From NCBI GenBank assembly GCA_012295275.1, contig CM022675.1, positions 14,508,001-14,572,000 of the forward strand: DNA of 64,000 nucleotides, read 5' to 3'. The notes under the pieces are model-generated. The model ran no database searches. It was not told where the DNA came from and saw only the letters and a list, made by a program, of their open reading frames with translations. Shown in pieces: positions 40,804-56,683 of this stretch. The translations under genes were made by a program, and so were the position numbers. Source of the stretch: Chrysomallon squamiferum. Lineage: Eukaryota > Animalia > Mollusca. The first letter of the stretch is position 1, and every line of letters begins with the position of its first letter.

Positions 40804-41192
40804 GAGCTATCAATACATCTGGAATCCCGTTCTCTGTTACCCACAGCGATCTGTCTGACGTGTTGATGTCTTCCTGCAAATTCGCTTCTCCTCTGTCTCT
40901 CGCTCTCTTTGAAGTCTGTTTCGTTGAAAGCGTGCCTTCTCAGCGCGCTGTAGCTGTGTCTCGCGTTTCACATCACAGAGCCCGTGTTGTCAATGAAAAC
41001 ATGACTTTCCCCTCGCTCCGAGCTCCCACCCTACCCTGTGCGCACTCGTTGTGCCTTGTTCCGCTCAAAAACCAACGGTTCACAACTTAACTTGGTTTGT
41101 TTGGTGGCTTATTCCTGGGTTGATATCTGTGTTTCTAAAAGAAAATTTACTTGGTACATTAATTTTATTATTGCGAGAATGAAAGAAACATC

Positions 41193-41309
<117 letters not shown>

Positions 41310-41586
41310 TTTTTATTTATTATTAGATTGGGGGATTTTCCTTTTCCTATTAGGTTTTCTTAATCTTTTTCATTTTTATTTCTTGGTTGTTTTCTATTAT
41401 TATTATCTTTCCTCATCGATATGGTATTTTTGTTTAATTACATTATTATAGGCTTAGAATACAACTGTTACAATAGCTATATAATGTTATTTTTACTCGA
41501 TCTGTCTACATGTCTGTCTATTCACCTATCTCTGTCTATCAGTATGTTTATGTATGTATGTATTTATCTATCTACCTATATGTGTT

Positions 41587-41633
<47 letters not shown>

Positions 41634-42620
41634 CTTTTACTATGTCTGTCTTATATCAATTATCATAACAATTCATGACACAACAAACTATCTTATTCCG
41701 TAGTCCGCGAATTTGTGAGGAACTGATGTCGGCAGTAAAAACTTTGGAAATGTGTGGAACGATTATTTTCTAAGACAACACTCGAGAATCCCAAACAATG
41801 TAATTTGGAAATAAACTGATTGATTTCATGGAATTTCCATCCTGACATTTCCTAGCGGTTTTCGTTTAACCTGTAGAAAGGTTCTAACCTTTCCAATAAA
41901 TGTCTCAATATTTCGTGTGTCGTGGAAAACTCGTGGATATCCGAACAGAAATCTTTCTTTGTGGGAATGTGCATTAAAAAGATCACATGCACTAATTTGT
42001 TTAAGAAGACAATGGAATGATGACTGCGGGTTCCACGATGTGTTAAAAAGTCTAATTTCAGAAGCTGGATCGTGAGAGAAACAAACGATGTGGAGCCCAC
42101 CTGTTTAGCTGAACACTTTTACTAATTCTAAAATGCTTAAAAACAAAAAAAAATTAAAATAAATAAATAAATAAATAAATAAATAAGAGAATATATAAAT
42201 AGAAAAATAAATAAATAAATAAGAGAATATATAAATAGAAAAACAAATAAATAAATAAATATATAAATAGAGAATATATAAATAGAAAAATAAATAAATA
42301 AATAAATAGCTTTGTAATTTATGTTATATCTATCTATCTATCTGTATCTCTGTAACAACAATAATAAATACTATTATATAATAGTGTTTATACTGACATA
42401 CAGGGTTGTCACTTTCTATGTAATTATAATATTAAACTACTGCTTATTCTGGATTCTCTCTTACTGAAATAAGCTGTTAAATAAGATATCTTACACTAAA
42501 TAGAAGGACTTGAATTTTTAGTAAATTCATGTAATTAGTTAACTTTGAGTAGTCTGAAAAGTGAAACTGTTTCGTCATTTTCTAAATTAATTATTGCTAT
42601 TGTTACTGTTGTTGTTGTTG

Positions 42621-42655
<35 letters not shown>

Positions 42656-42716
42656 GCTATTACTGCTATTATTGTTATTGTTATTGTTATTGTCGTTGTT
42701 GTTGTTGTTGTTGTTG

Positions 42717-42751
<35 letters not shown>

Positions 42752-43159
42752 TCAACACCAAGATAAAAATTACATGTAGCACAAACAGCTAGAAAATTTA
42801 ATATTTATACAACACGACGTTTTAACGTGGTTTGCGTGCCACGTGACTGTGGATTTATTTTCACAAATGTTCCAAACATGTTCACGTCAGGTGTAGACGT
42901 GGTAGCCGGTACCGTCAGATTTTTTTATCTTAATGACGCGCTAAAAAGCAAAGCGCGGGAAATTAACAAACAAGTAAGTGACGTAGACAAATACAAGACA
43001 ACAGCTGTAACAGCGGACCGTGGTTGGCGTGTTTACGTAACACTAATTAACATATCGCAATTTGGACGTCTAGTACAAAATGTCAGGGTGGGTTCAGACA
43101 TATAAATTGGATAAAAATGTACAGAAATTAAGTTTGCTTGATTTTTTTTGGATTTTTTT

Positions 43160-43213
<54 letters not shown>

Positions 43214-43221
43214 TATGTGTG

Positions 43222-43252
<31 letters not shown>

Positions 43253-43993
43253 CTCTCTACCGGTGTTTTCTTAATTATTTGTTTTTCTCGTCTTCTTTTT
43301 TGTAGATTTTTTTTTTTCATGCTTATTTTTATTTATTTATTTATTATTTATTTATTTACTTATTGATTTATATATTAATTTATTTTGTATTTATTATTAT
43401 TATTATGTTGTTATTATTATTAGCATTATTATTATCATTATCAATATCATTATTATTATTATTATCATCATCATCATCATTAGTAGTAGTAGTAGTAGTA
43501 GTATTGCTCTTGATGTTGTTGTTGTTTCTCAGAAAGATGTTCGGCTGACTGTGTGTGTGTGCGTCTGTAGAAATGACGAGACAGAAAAAAGGTCTCGTTA
43601 TCCAAATTGTGAAATCATCGCGTTGAGAAAATTATCTAATTTATAAAAGTTTAAGACATGAAGATCGAAACAATTTCTTTATTTTTATTTTTATTTTTTT
43701 TTTTTTATTAATTCTCTCTTTGATTTCTAAAATATATAACGTGAAGATATTTCCTTCTTATTATTTTAAATTATCTGTTTCACTATTATTTTTTTTAATT
43801 TTATTTACTTGTCTTATTACTTTTAGTAGTAGTAGTAGTTAGTGTAGTAATAAGAGAAAAAGTAGAGGTAGTGGCAGTAGTAGTAGTGGTAGAAGTTATT
43901 CTTGTAGCAGCAAAAATACAGCAGATGTAGTAATAATAGTAGTAGTAATAGTAGTTTTAGTACCAGCAGCAATAACAGTAATAGCAGTTGAAT

Positions 43994-44035
<42 letters not shown>

Positions 44036-44066
44036 CAGCAGAAGAAGAAATTTTAGTAGTAGTAGT

Positions 44067-44098
<32 letters not shown>

Positions 44099-44379
44099 TA
44101 GTAGCAGTAGTTGTACTAGTAGTAGTAGTAATAGTAGTAGTAGTAGTAGTAATAGTAGTAGTAGTAGTAGTAGTAGTAGTTGCAGTAGAGTAATTGTTCT
44201 TTAATGACTCTATTTCAAACAGGCTCATATGAGTGAACTTTTATTTATCGTTTTAAAGAATAAATAATTTTTAACTTACAACAAATTTCCGACTGCGCCC
44301 TCTGAAATATTAATACTCGTAAAACCATGTACAGTTAACTTTTTAACACAAAAAATTCTTTGTTTCCGATACATGTATT

Positions 44380-45500
44380 ACATACAGTGAACGAGAAGGG
44401 GGGCGGAAAAAAGGTTCTGCATGTATGAATTGTCACTTTAACTATTTAACAATCATTCATTCATCCAAGTTTATTTTCTCAAAGCCTTGTCAATTTCCTC
44501 TCGTCAGTTTCCGCGATTACGTCACCGCCTACTCGAGATCTCGTGAGGGGCGGCGCACGCGCGAGCGCGAAATGTCACTCATATTTACTTAGCAACCGGC
44601 GAACAGAGACCAGATTGGGATTTGATCATTGTAAATGTCTCTTTGATTCGCGAGTCCAGCGCCAGCAGTCTCCCTGGCCTTTCCCTTTGTACTTCGAACC
44701 CCCCCAAGAGCCACGTAAGAAAACGCCGGCAATCGGTCGGCCAGTGCACACCGCCTTTTGTGTTCCACGCATGCGTCACGTGACCCACCTCTGTCCCTTT
44801 TTATGCATCTCCCAGGGGACGAGTATTTTGTTACTTTCAGTTTTGTTAATGGCAAAGCTGCCGTGTTTCTGGGAGGTTTGCGGTTCTTTCCGTTTATAAG
44901 TGATCTTTTTATTTCTCGTTTTATTCATTCTTCTTCTTGTTCTTTTATCATTCACTATAATCATCGCAGTTATCCTTTCGCGTAACAAGATCATTTATTT
45001 ATTTACAGAGACAAATACAGACAGACAGAGTTAAGTTTCGAAAGCTACAGTTAGTTTGTTAATAATACCATGCGTCTGTAGGCATCTTTCCTTCAGGCGA
45101 AACGGTCGGGTAAATCCGTACATTTCCGTAACGTCTTCGCCGAAGCGTCTGGCTTAGCCACCGACAAACTACATATGGTCTTGAAAACCTTGCGAACATT
45201 GAAACAAATGCACGAGTGAGACGTCTGTTTTAAATTTGCAGCGTCGCACTTAAAAATCACACAGCCACCAACAATGAAGTAAATAGCCGTACGACACAGA
45301 ATCAAGGGAGGAAACTAGGATGCACTCGCTAACTTGTGCACCAAGTGACCTCCCTTGAATCGTCCTCCACGCTCGGGGCCAATAAAGGGAAATTTATGTA
45401 TTATGTTGTAAAGAGGTGCTTTCTTATTATTATTTCAGTTTTTTCCTAAATGGAGTCCACTGATCGAAAAAGGTGATTGACATCCAGAGGGCGTTAGTGG
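44380..45500. promoter_or_regulatory. CpG-rich island between the two Mox genes (enhancer, promoter or boundary candidate)
   Basis: The most CpG-dense non-coding stretch by eye. It contains GC-boxes GGGGCGG (about 44400 and 44547), RFX-like TTAGCAAC, CGAGATCTCG, TGCGTCACGTGA and ATTGG/CCAAT, and no convincing ORF. Confidence 0.55.
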
Positions 45501-45921
45501 AGTTTATTTAAAAGAAATGGAGGAAATAAACAAAAGAGAATATCTACTAAATATGAAGCGTTGTAGTCAATGGTTAGACACTTTCTACGGTGATAATAGA
45601 GTGCACGTGGGCTCTAGAGCTAATATATGATTATTACTCTACGGACTGGAAGCTAATGATCCATATTTCAAGTGTATATGAGGATAAGGAAATAAAATAT
45701 TATTATCAAAGAAAATACTTCATTTGATTTTGATTAACCTATTCTGGTTTTCATTTTGGTAAATTTAACTTTACATTCTCTCGTTCTTTCTCTATCTATC
45801 TGTCTGTCTGCCTATCTGTGTATTTCTATTTACCTCTCTGACTGATTCTCTCGATCGCTCATTCCATCTGTGTCTCTTATCGTCTCTCTGTCTTTCATTC
45901 TACCTCTGTTGATTTATTCAA

Positions 45922-46167
<246 letters not shown>

Positions 46168-46759
46168 GAGAAATAAAATACATATGAAGTTCAGTTTTAC
46201 GCTCTCAGACAAAACTTTCCTTGACTTTTTCTTTCTCTACTCTTGGTCCTGTATAAATAAGTAAGAAACATTGTGTACGAAAGTTCAAACAGTCCGCCTC
46301 TTTATTTCATTTCGTTTCATTATTTCGAGCTTAGAAGCCGAGGTAAGTTGTACTTACAACTAATGTATTTCCGAGGGCACACGAGTGCAGGTGAGTGAAA
46401 AAAAAAAATACGAAAAACAAAAAATGTCCACATTGTTCACAAGACTCAGCTGAAGGTTTTCGGTCTCAATTCACTTTTTATCCACAGCTCAGTTCAAAGT
46501 CGACAGTTCCGCGATTGTTCTGTTAATAAGCATATTTAATAGATTAGTAGATTCAGGGGCGGGTCTACAGTGTATTTACTTCCAAACCTTTTCTTCACTG
46601 CTTGGTTTTCTTTTTTTTTTCTTTTTTTCTCGATCTCTTGTTTTCTTTTTTTTCTTTCTTTTTTTCTTTTTCATTTTTTATTTTTTTATTTTATTTATTT
46701 ATTTTTTATTTTTATTATTATTTTTTATTTTGGTCATTAATATTAATTAATTAATTAAT

Positions 46760-46814
<55 letters not shown>

Positions 46815-47381
46815 TTATTTATTTATTGTTTTTAATTATTTTATTTTCTATATTTTATTTTATTTTATTTTATTTTTTCTCTGTTGTTTCTTGAGTCTTT
46901 TTTTACAGGCACGTGTTGGGCGTGTCTTCTTTTCTTCTTCTGTTTGTTTGTTGTTGTTGTTGTTGCTGTTTTGTTATATTTGGGGGTTGTAGGATTTTTA
47001 TTATTTATTTCATTTGTATTTTTTTGTTTTCATTGTTATTTTGATGAGCATAGTCTCTTGTGGTTTTGTTTTTATTTTAGAACATTTTGTACTTTCATCA
47101 TTTTATACATTATCACCATCATCATCGTCATTATCATCATTATTATTAATTGTATTGTTGTTGTTGTTGTCGTTGTTGCTGCTGCTCTCGTTGTTAGAAG
47201 AAGAAGACTAGTATATTGTAAGAAAAGAAGACAAATAAATTATTAGGTACAATTATAGATACAGTACTGTTAAAGGTATGACATAGGTTAATAAGTAAGG
47301 TATGTTAAGAGATGGGTACATACGTACTTAAACAATTAAGTTGATATGTAAATATACTTGCTAGACTATTCATGTGCGTAG

Positions 47382-47778
47382 AAAAAGAATACATATTTAC
47401 ATAAGTAATTATAAGATATAAAATATAAATAAAAAAAATACACATTTACATAAGTAATTATAAGATATAAAGTATAAATTAAAAAATACATATTTACATA
47501 ACTAATTATAAGATATAAAGTATAAATTAAAAAATACACATTTACATAAGTAATTATAAGATATAAAGTATAAATTAAAAAATACATATTTACATAACTA
47601 ATTATAAGATATAAAGTATAAATTAAAAAAATACACATTTACATAAGTAATTATAAGATATAAAGTATAAATAAAAAAATACATATTTACATAAGTAATT
47701 ATAAGATATAAAGTATAAATAAAAAAATACATATTTACATAAGTAATTATAAGATATAAAGTATAAATTAAAAAAATA
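47382..47778 (+). repeat. AT-rich minisatellite, about 8 copies of a 48-bp unit
   Basis: Unit AAAAATACA(T/C)ATTTACATAA(G/C)TAATTATAAGATATAAAGTATAAAT(T/A). Confidence 0.95.
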
Positions 47779-49290
47779 GGAAGATATAACAGCGTTACTG
47801 ACTGTTATTAGTTTTATTTTTTCTCGCCGACATTTTCAAACTTATATAAATATGTGTGAAAACTGAAGCGGACACTTATCTATTCCGAGATGTGTGCTTG
47901 ATGACAGTAACAGATATTTCGTAACTTTAATGACTTATTTGTGTAAACACTATGTTACCAACTCCTCCAAAAAATAACACACAGATTGCAAAATGCAGTA
48001 GCCAGATTTTTAAAAACATCTAAAAATAATATATTTTGTTTTCGTTTGAATACATCAAACCATCCACAAAAATAATAAACGTTTAGCGAATGTGTGTATA
48101 TAGAGAAAGAAAAATGATCTGCTTTTTAGAAAGTAACTTCTGCGAGTCTTTTTTTAAATGTGCAACAGATTTTCTTCTCTAATTTATTTTCATTATTTTA
48201 TTTTAGTTTATTTTGTAACATTTATATATATATAAATGTAATAAAATAAAATAAAATAATAAAAATGTATATATATATATATATATATATATCCATTCAG
48301 CTAGTCGGTTTCTTTATTTTTATTTGTTTTAATTTTATTATTTCTGTTATTGTTATTTATTAAAATTTATTTAATTATTTCAGTTGTTTGTTTATTTACT
48401 AACTTATTTGTTTTCTTGTTTGTTTATTTGTTTGTTTGTCTGATTGTTTGTTTGTTTGCTTGTTTATTATCATAATCATCGTGGTCATCGTTGTCACCAA
48501 CAACATCATCATCAGCATTACACTTATAATATTTACGCAAAAAATTTATTGCCAATTTCTTCCTCATTATTGAACACAATACTTTTCGTCTGTCTTTCTA
48601 ATTCTGTCTTTCTATCTCTCTTTTTCTCGTCATCTCTTTTTTCGAACTATCTCTACATATTCACATATCTGTCTTTTTTTATCTCTTTATTTTTATCTTT
48701 ATAATTCTAACCAACATCGGCTGAAAATAAAAAAATACGTTTTGAACTTCAAAATTCTTATTCCGAAACTAAGGCTATGAATTCGTTTTTTCTTCTCTTT
48801 TTTTTGTTTTTGTTTTTTACGACAGTTCAGTACACTGAGGACAGAACGTAAGAGTTTTGTAAGACCTCCTTTGAAGAAAACTAAAACTCTTTGTCATTAA
48901 TACGTCATAAATGTTGCGATTCTTTACGAGAAACGTAACTTTCAGTCGAAAATTGCCGAATAAAACGAACGTTGACAGTTTTATTGTTTTAACCATCTTT
49001 ATTTTTCTTTCTTTCTTTTATTTTTATTTTATTTTGTTCATTTATTATTTCTAGGGTTTTGGTTTGGTGGAGGGTGTTTATTTATTTGCTTTTGTGGATC
49101 TTTTATTTTTATTTTTTTTTATTTTTATTTTTTTTTTTTTTTGGCTGCTTTTTTATTTTATTACATTATGTTTTTTTTTTTTTTTTTTTTTTTTTTTTAT
49201 TTGTTTGTTTGATTCTATGAATTGTATGTTTTTACTGTTGCTTTTAATTTGATTTATTTTGTAAATTTATAGTGTTTCTATTGATTATTA

Positions 49291-49352
<62 letters not shown>

Positions 49353-50241
49353 GATACAACCTTTTATTAATGTTGCTTTTTGATAGTGTAGGCTTGTGGG
49401 GATTTTTTTGTTAGGAAAAAATATAATGAAAAGAAAAAATATTTTATCGGTAATAAAAAGAAAGCAGTGGTTCTACTTTATATTTTCCTTCAAATTCTGT
49501 CTTTGAAGTAGAAACAGAGGTCTCGCGAAATATCGCGTGAAGGTCACGCGATCATGCTTTCCTCACAAAAGACTTCAGTAATGACTTCCGTTTGGATGCG
49601 CACAACATACTTCTTGACAAAACACAACTCGCCTAGAGTAGCCGTTCTTGTATAAGATGTTTTCTAAACATATATGACTACCCAGTCGTACCGAATGATC
49701 TTAGCTATTCGAGTTATGAATTTAATGGCCTTTTGTTTATGCATGTTTAAAGTTTTCACATTGTAAAGTAATTTTACCGTTCGTTTGCTCTTCATTGAAA
49801 CGGAAGACATAACACTTAAAAGTTCTTTCGTCTTCTTACTGAATTTTCCTCTTCAAATACGGAACGGTCCGCGATTTCGTAGAAGGACAATGTCACGTGA
49901 TGACCAGGCAGTTCCGTTATGTCCAGAGATTCTGTGGGTGGTCTTATTTTAATAATTTTGTTTTTCTTGCATTTATTTATTTATTTATTTATTTATTTAG
50001 TTAGTTAGTTAGTTAGTTAGTGTTTATTTTTATTATTATTTTAAGTTTTAAGTTTTACTTTAAAAAAAAAAATTTATTACTTTCAAAAAAAAAAAAATTA
50101 CATTTTATTTTTTATTATTATTATTTTTTAATATCCATAAAACTGTCACAAAAAGCAGCATTGAAAATATTTAATACCAAATATTTTTTTTTTTTTTTTT
50201 TTACTAAATATTATTTACTGTTTTTGTTTTCCTTTTGTTTT

Positions 50242-50276
<35 letters not shown>

Positions 50277-50853
50277 TGTCTTTGAACTGTACGTATTTTT
50301 CTCTGTTTATAATTAAAAAAAAAAAAGTTTGTTTTTTCAGAAATTTGTTTTCAGTACAAATTCAAAAAAGAAAAACAATAAATAACAAAAAACAAAAACA
50401 AACAAAATAAATAATAATTCCGATTAAACGAAAGAATTCTTTACAAACCACAAATCGTTCGGATCTTTCTATCCTCATCATCATCATCATCATCGTCATC
50501 ACCATCATCATCATCATCATTGCCTTGTCATATGGTTATCTTAACGCGTCAAACAAAACTGGGGTTAGCGAGGCTGCGCTGGTATCTGACTGAAAGTCGT
50601 GTCTCAGAGTGAGGCGTGTTACAGTGTGCACTGTTAACACTACAACCACTGTTATTACTACTTCTGTTACTAATAATACTTCTTCTCTACTATGACTACT
50701 ACTTCAAATACTGCTACTATTTCTATTACTACTATTACAACTACTTCTACTAGTGATAGCAACAGTAATAAAAACTAGTACTAATATTAATACTAATACA
50801 ACTATAACTATTAGTACTACCAGGAATAGCAGAATTACTATTAATTTCAGTAT

Positions 50854-50900
<47 letters not shown>

Positions 50901-51117
50901 TTAGCTTACTTTTTCAATTAACTATTTTAAATGTTTCATTTTAATTATATATAGTTTTTTCTTTCTTTCTTTCTTTGATTTTCATTTATATACGTTTATT
51001 ATTTGTTTTAATATCATCTTAAAGAAAATTTTGGAAATGACTTTTTTGAAATTTATTTCAATTTTATAAATGTTTTCTAAATGTTGCATTTATTATTATT
51101 TTATATAATTCAGCACA

Positions 51118-51170
<53 letters not shown>

Positions 51171-51280
51171 TTTTGTTGTTGTACTTACCTAATCTAAAGA
51201 GCCTTAGTTTTTAAACGTGTGTCACAAAATTGTTTATTTTATTAATGAATATTTTTAGATTTATTGTCTAATCAGATTGA

Positions 51281-51316
<36 letters not shown>

Positions 51317-52049
51317 CATCATCATCATCGTTGTTTTTAATATCAATACATTACAGATAAACAGAAATTCGAGGTTAAATTTAAAAATATTTGCTAATCG
51401 ATTCAAACTATTTTTTGGAAAACAGTATCGTTTACAAAATCTTTAACGAGAATTGTCAGAGAATACTGTTTTTAAGCTTAAATAAAACAAAATTCTCATT
51501 GGTTACTTGATATCATTCTTGTTCATTCTTGTTTGTTTTTTTAAATTATAATAATAATTTTTAGTGAAAACCGTAATTTAAATACATTATAAATATTATT
51601 TAAGACATCAATTATTATAATAAATTTTTTAATGAAAATCAAAACTTAATTATACTGCCAAAAAAACCGTAAAAAAATTATTTATAAATTTAGTAGATAT
51701 ACTTTGTTTACTTATTTTTTGTTTCTCATTTTATTTATATACTTTGCATTAATATATATTTTGTTAGTTAGTATGTTATTATGCATTTGATTATTTATTT
51801 AACAGGTTTTTTTGTTGTATCTCTTTATTTCTCAATCAGTATATCTCTCTATCTATTTATCTATCTAACTACATATGTATTTGTTCATAATATTAATTTA
51901 TTTTATAGTATTTTTTTGTTATTTCAATTTTTCTGTTTCCTAGTTTTTAATTTAGTTTAATATTTTATTTCATTTTATTTTTAAAAATATTTAACGTGTT
52001 TTTTAAATTAGAATCAAAGCAAAAAAAATAACATATATACATACATACA

Positions 52050-52081
<32 letters not shown>

Positions 52082-52327
52082 CTTTAAAAGTACAAATGCC
52101 CACAAAAAAGCAAGTAAATTTTTTAAAACCAATTAGAAAATAAAAGTGATAGTTACTTTTATATATTTAATAAAACCCCCAAACACGATATTTTTATTTA
52201 GAAAAAAAAAATTATTTCAATTAAGAAAACCTTTTTACGTGTTACAGTAAAAACAATTTATTTCTTTAGTTAAAAGTACAATTTTTATTTATTTATTTAT
52301 TTATTATTACTATTATTATTATTATTA

Positions 52328-52378
<51 letters not shown>

Positions 52379-52598
52379 AATTATTGTTATTATTATTATT
52401 GTTATTGTTGTTGTTGTTATTGTTATTATATCCTTTTACTTCTTTCCTTTCTCAGTTTTATTTCTTCATAACTATTTTCTATTTTAATTATTATTACTTT
52501 TCTGTTGTTTTAAATTTTAATGTCGATATTTTTCTTCTCTTTTTTTTTCGGTTTTCCTTTTTTTTTTCATCATCATCATTATCATTATTATTATTATA

Positions 52599-52660
<62 letters not shown>

Positions 52661-53716
52661 ATTATTAATACTATTACTATCTATAATAATATTAAAAAGT
52701 TAAACTAAAGAAGAGATACATTTATGAGACCTATTCATTAATTTAGAGTTAATTTATTTGGTTATAGAAATATTAAGCGATCAAAAAAAAAATCAATTGA
52801 TATTTCAGTTTTAGTTTTTCAGTTTAATAAACATAAATTATTATTTCTTTGCTTGGGTTTGTTTTTTGGGAGTGTTTCTATTTTCCCCTCTTTTTCTGGG
52901 GGAGCGGGGTGTGGCTGTTTGTTTGAACTTTTTTACATTATATTTGTCAGTTTTGTACTATATTTTATTTGTATAGCAGTGTAATTAAAAAAAAGAATTA
53001 CTATAATATATTTCGTGGGATTAATTTATTCAAGTCAGTGTGTTTAGCGGTATATTTTCAAACAACTAAATTATGTATTAAAATAAAATATGTGTGTGTT
53101 TTAAGTGGGGTTTTTAGGCTGTTTTTGTTTAGGATATGTGTATATCTTTTTCCAAAAAAATTATATTTTGATTTTATTTTTATTAATGTCCAAAATAGAG
53201 AAGCTAACGATTCCAGAAAGACAAACATTTACAGTTATTTCTAAAAAAAACTGTTATATCTTTGACACGTTTTGCAATTGTTTATTATTTTTATTTTGTT
53301 GTATTACTCTGCTTATTTATTCTTACTCGCATCTTGTTTGTTTTCTTTCCTGCAGATGTTTGTAAAACTATAAATATTTACACCAGACAGAAATAATAAT
53401 TCTTCTTTTAATGTTTTTCTTTTTTTTAATATACCCTCTCTCTCTCAGAACCAAAAAAAAAAAAAAAAACATTCTTGTTTTAATATTCTTTTTTTAATTT
53501 TCTCTCTCTCTCTCTCTACCAGAAATATATATTTGTTTAATAATAATATACATTTACATGATTTTAAATTTGTCTAATTATTTTGATGAAAAACCATCAT
53601 TGTAATGTTATGAGTTACATTCCTTTTTTTCAAAAATGTACTTCAGAAAATACATTTTAATTAAAAATGTAACTTTACTGGACTGGGATATGAATGTATA
53701 TATGTATGTACGCGCG

Positions 53717-53836
<120 letters not shown>

Positions 53837-55450
53837 TACATACATAATCCTACACGTTAAAATACAGGACACATTTTTCATTCTGCCATAACCCAAAACA
53901 ATATTAATAAAAAGATAAATAAATATAATGATACTGTGAAGTGCCATATTTCATTATGTTAATACAGTAATCATTACCCTCCTCCTCGTTAGCTGATTTT
54001 ATTTTATATCTTCAGAGAAAAAGCAAATTTTGTTATGAGCTGGGATAATTATTAGTCAAAGAACGTGCAAGTCGTGCTTTGATGTCCACCATTTGCACGT
54101 TCCCAAATAAACAAAATCAACCTTTTAAGTTACTAATAAAGGCGGAGGGAGTAAAGAAATGGGAGTAAGCATAAGATTCACTTTCACTCTTTGAAATGGA
54201 AATTTACGATCGTATAACGTGTTTTTTATCTGTACAAATTATTATCAGATATTTTTATTCTTAGAAAGCCACCGGGGGTTTTCGATTCGTATCTCTTACA
54301 AAGGTATGGCACACAACAAATTTATTTCCTTGCTTAACTTTTTTTTTTCTTTTTTACTCTGTGATTTTTTCTTCTTTTTACGCACAGATGTTTTTCAAAT
54401 AGCTGATACGCATAACGTGGTGATTTGGACAAAACTTCTGATTTATTATCGCCAGATTTTTCTACAAAGATCTGCCTTCGTTTCGTGTGCATGAAACTGA
54501 ATAATCCGACTCTGCGTGGAACTCTTTTTGCTTTTGAGAGCTGAAAGATAAACAGACAGGTCAAAGGTCGTATTAATATATTTAAAGGGGCAGTGTTTGA
54601 TTTGTGCTATTATAGCACTGTTATTTTGTTTGACTTTTTTATTTATTTATTTACCATTTCAATATTTGTCTATTCTTCTTCTTCTTCTTCTTCTTATTTT
54701 TCTTCTTCTTCTTCTTCTTATTTTTCTTCTTCTTCTTCTTCTTCTTCTTATTATTATTATTATTATTATTCCTGGCTTAGGCGGGTGTTTTCTTTTGATT
54801 AGTTGTTTTTATTTATTTTGTGAATGTAAACAATTATAATATTATTTTAATGTTTTCTCTTTTTTTTTCTTTGTTGTGTCGTTATTATTAATATTATTTA
54901 ATATCATATATAACCTATATAATTTTATAATCATAACTTTAATTTCATTGTCTTCTTTTTCTGTCGTTTTTTTTTTTTTTTTTTTAGTGGGTGGTGTTTG
55001 GGTGTTTGTAGCTTTATATATATATATATATTTTTTTTTCGGTTTTTTAATTTTTTTCTTTTAATGTTTTTTCTATTAATATTTTTTAATTTTAAATTAT
55101 TATTATTATTTTTTTTTTGTCAGCAACTCAAATTTATTATTTAACTGTCAAATATTTTTTGCACAATTTCTTGTTCTTTAGACTTAAATTTTCATCTGAG
55201 TATAATAATAATAATATGTAATGGAGTGAATGAATAATGAATAAAAGAGTGAATAAGCAATTTTCTTTTGTTTAACTTTAATTTTATTTTAGATTATTTA
55301 ATTTTAATAATTTTAATTACATATTATTTAATTTTTTTATTATTTTCTTTTTTCTTTCCTTCTTTATTTCTTTATTTAATATTCATTAATTTCAATATTG
55401 AATTTAATGCAGTAATGATGACAATAATAATAATAAAAAGAATAATAATA

Positions 55451-55498
<48 letters not shown>

Positions 55499-56632
55499 TT
55501 ATTTTATTTTATTTTTATTTTTTACATCTGTTTTGCTTTTTAAAAACGTTTTTAAAATAGATATTTAATAATGTAAACATGCTATACCTTAAAGAATACT
55601 ATATATCCAAATTCACTAAGTCTGCAGTTCACGAATACTTATTTAGTTGTTCACTCTATTTCTAACAGCTTTCCAATCTTATTAATAACGTTGGCAGTTC
55701 TAAATTTTTCAAAACTTAATACTGAGAGCATTTGTTTGTTTTTATTAACTTTACTTCTAGTAGCAGAGTATTTTCTAACAGAAATCTATTTGTACAATAT
55801 TCATGATATCAACGTCCAGTAGAGAAATAATCCACAATTAATATTACCATCATCGTCATTATGATTACCATCATCGTCATCATCATCATCATTTTCATCA
55901 TCAATATTATCATTATTATCATCATCATCATTATTATTATTATTATTATTATTATTAAATTTTCAAAATAAGAATATCTGTCGTATTTTAGTCATCATGA
56001 AAGAAAAATTAAATCAAGTCATCAAAAAAAATGTTTTACGTAAAAGTAAATAACAGTAAGAAGGGGGATAACTCGAAAGCGAATTATTTGCAACAAGGTG
56101 CATATTGTCGGCTGCAACTTCTCGCGCTCGCGAGATCTCCCAAAGCAACTGGACACGCGCAGCTGCGATTTTCATTAAATATGCCGGGATGAGAGACCTC
56201 GAGAAATGAAGAAAACATCTGCAGTATTTTTTTTCTTTCCTTATTTTTTCTTCTAATTTTTACACTCGTTTTTCCAGCTGTTAGTTTTGAGAAGTGAATC
56301 TTTCTCACTAATTGTAGAAGTAAACTTGGCGTAGACTGATACTACGACGTTTTTCAAATAGCTGAAATCGCGCACGATGCTACGCTTCCGTGTCGATGAC
56401 AGGGTCCGCGATATCGATGACTGACTTGAAGGCGACATCTAGCAGAAGGAAATGTCCGATAACTATGTTTTCAGAAGTCAACGAAGGCAGAATTTTCAAC
56501 TAACTGATCTGTTAGGAAAAACTGGTCGTCAGCCAGTTTATTATTTTATTTTATTTTTTTTTTTTTTTTTTTTTATTTTTATTATTTTTTATTGTTTTGT
56601 TGTCCTTTGTTGTTAATCTATTATTAGAAATG

Positions 56633-56683
<51 letters not shown>

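Noticed and set aside
54390-56365. Exact 17-mer GTTTTTCAAATAGCTGA at 54390 and 56349
   Set aside because: AT-rich matches of this length are expected by chance in a window of this size and composition, and the flanks do not align.
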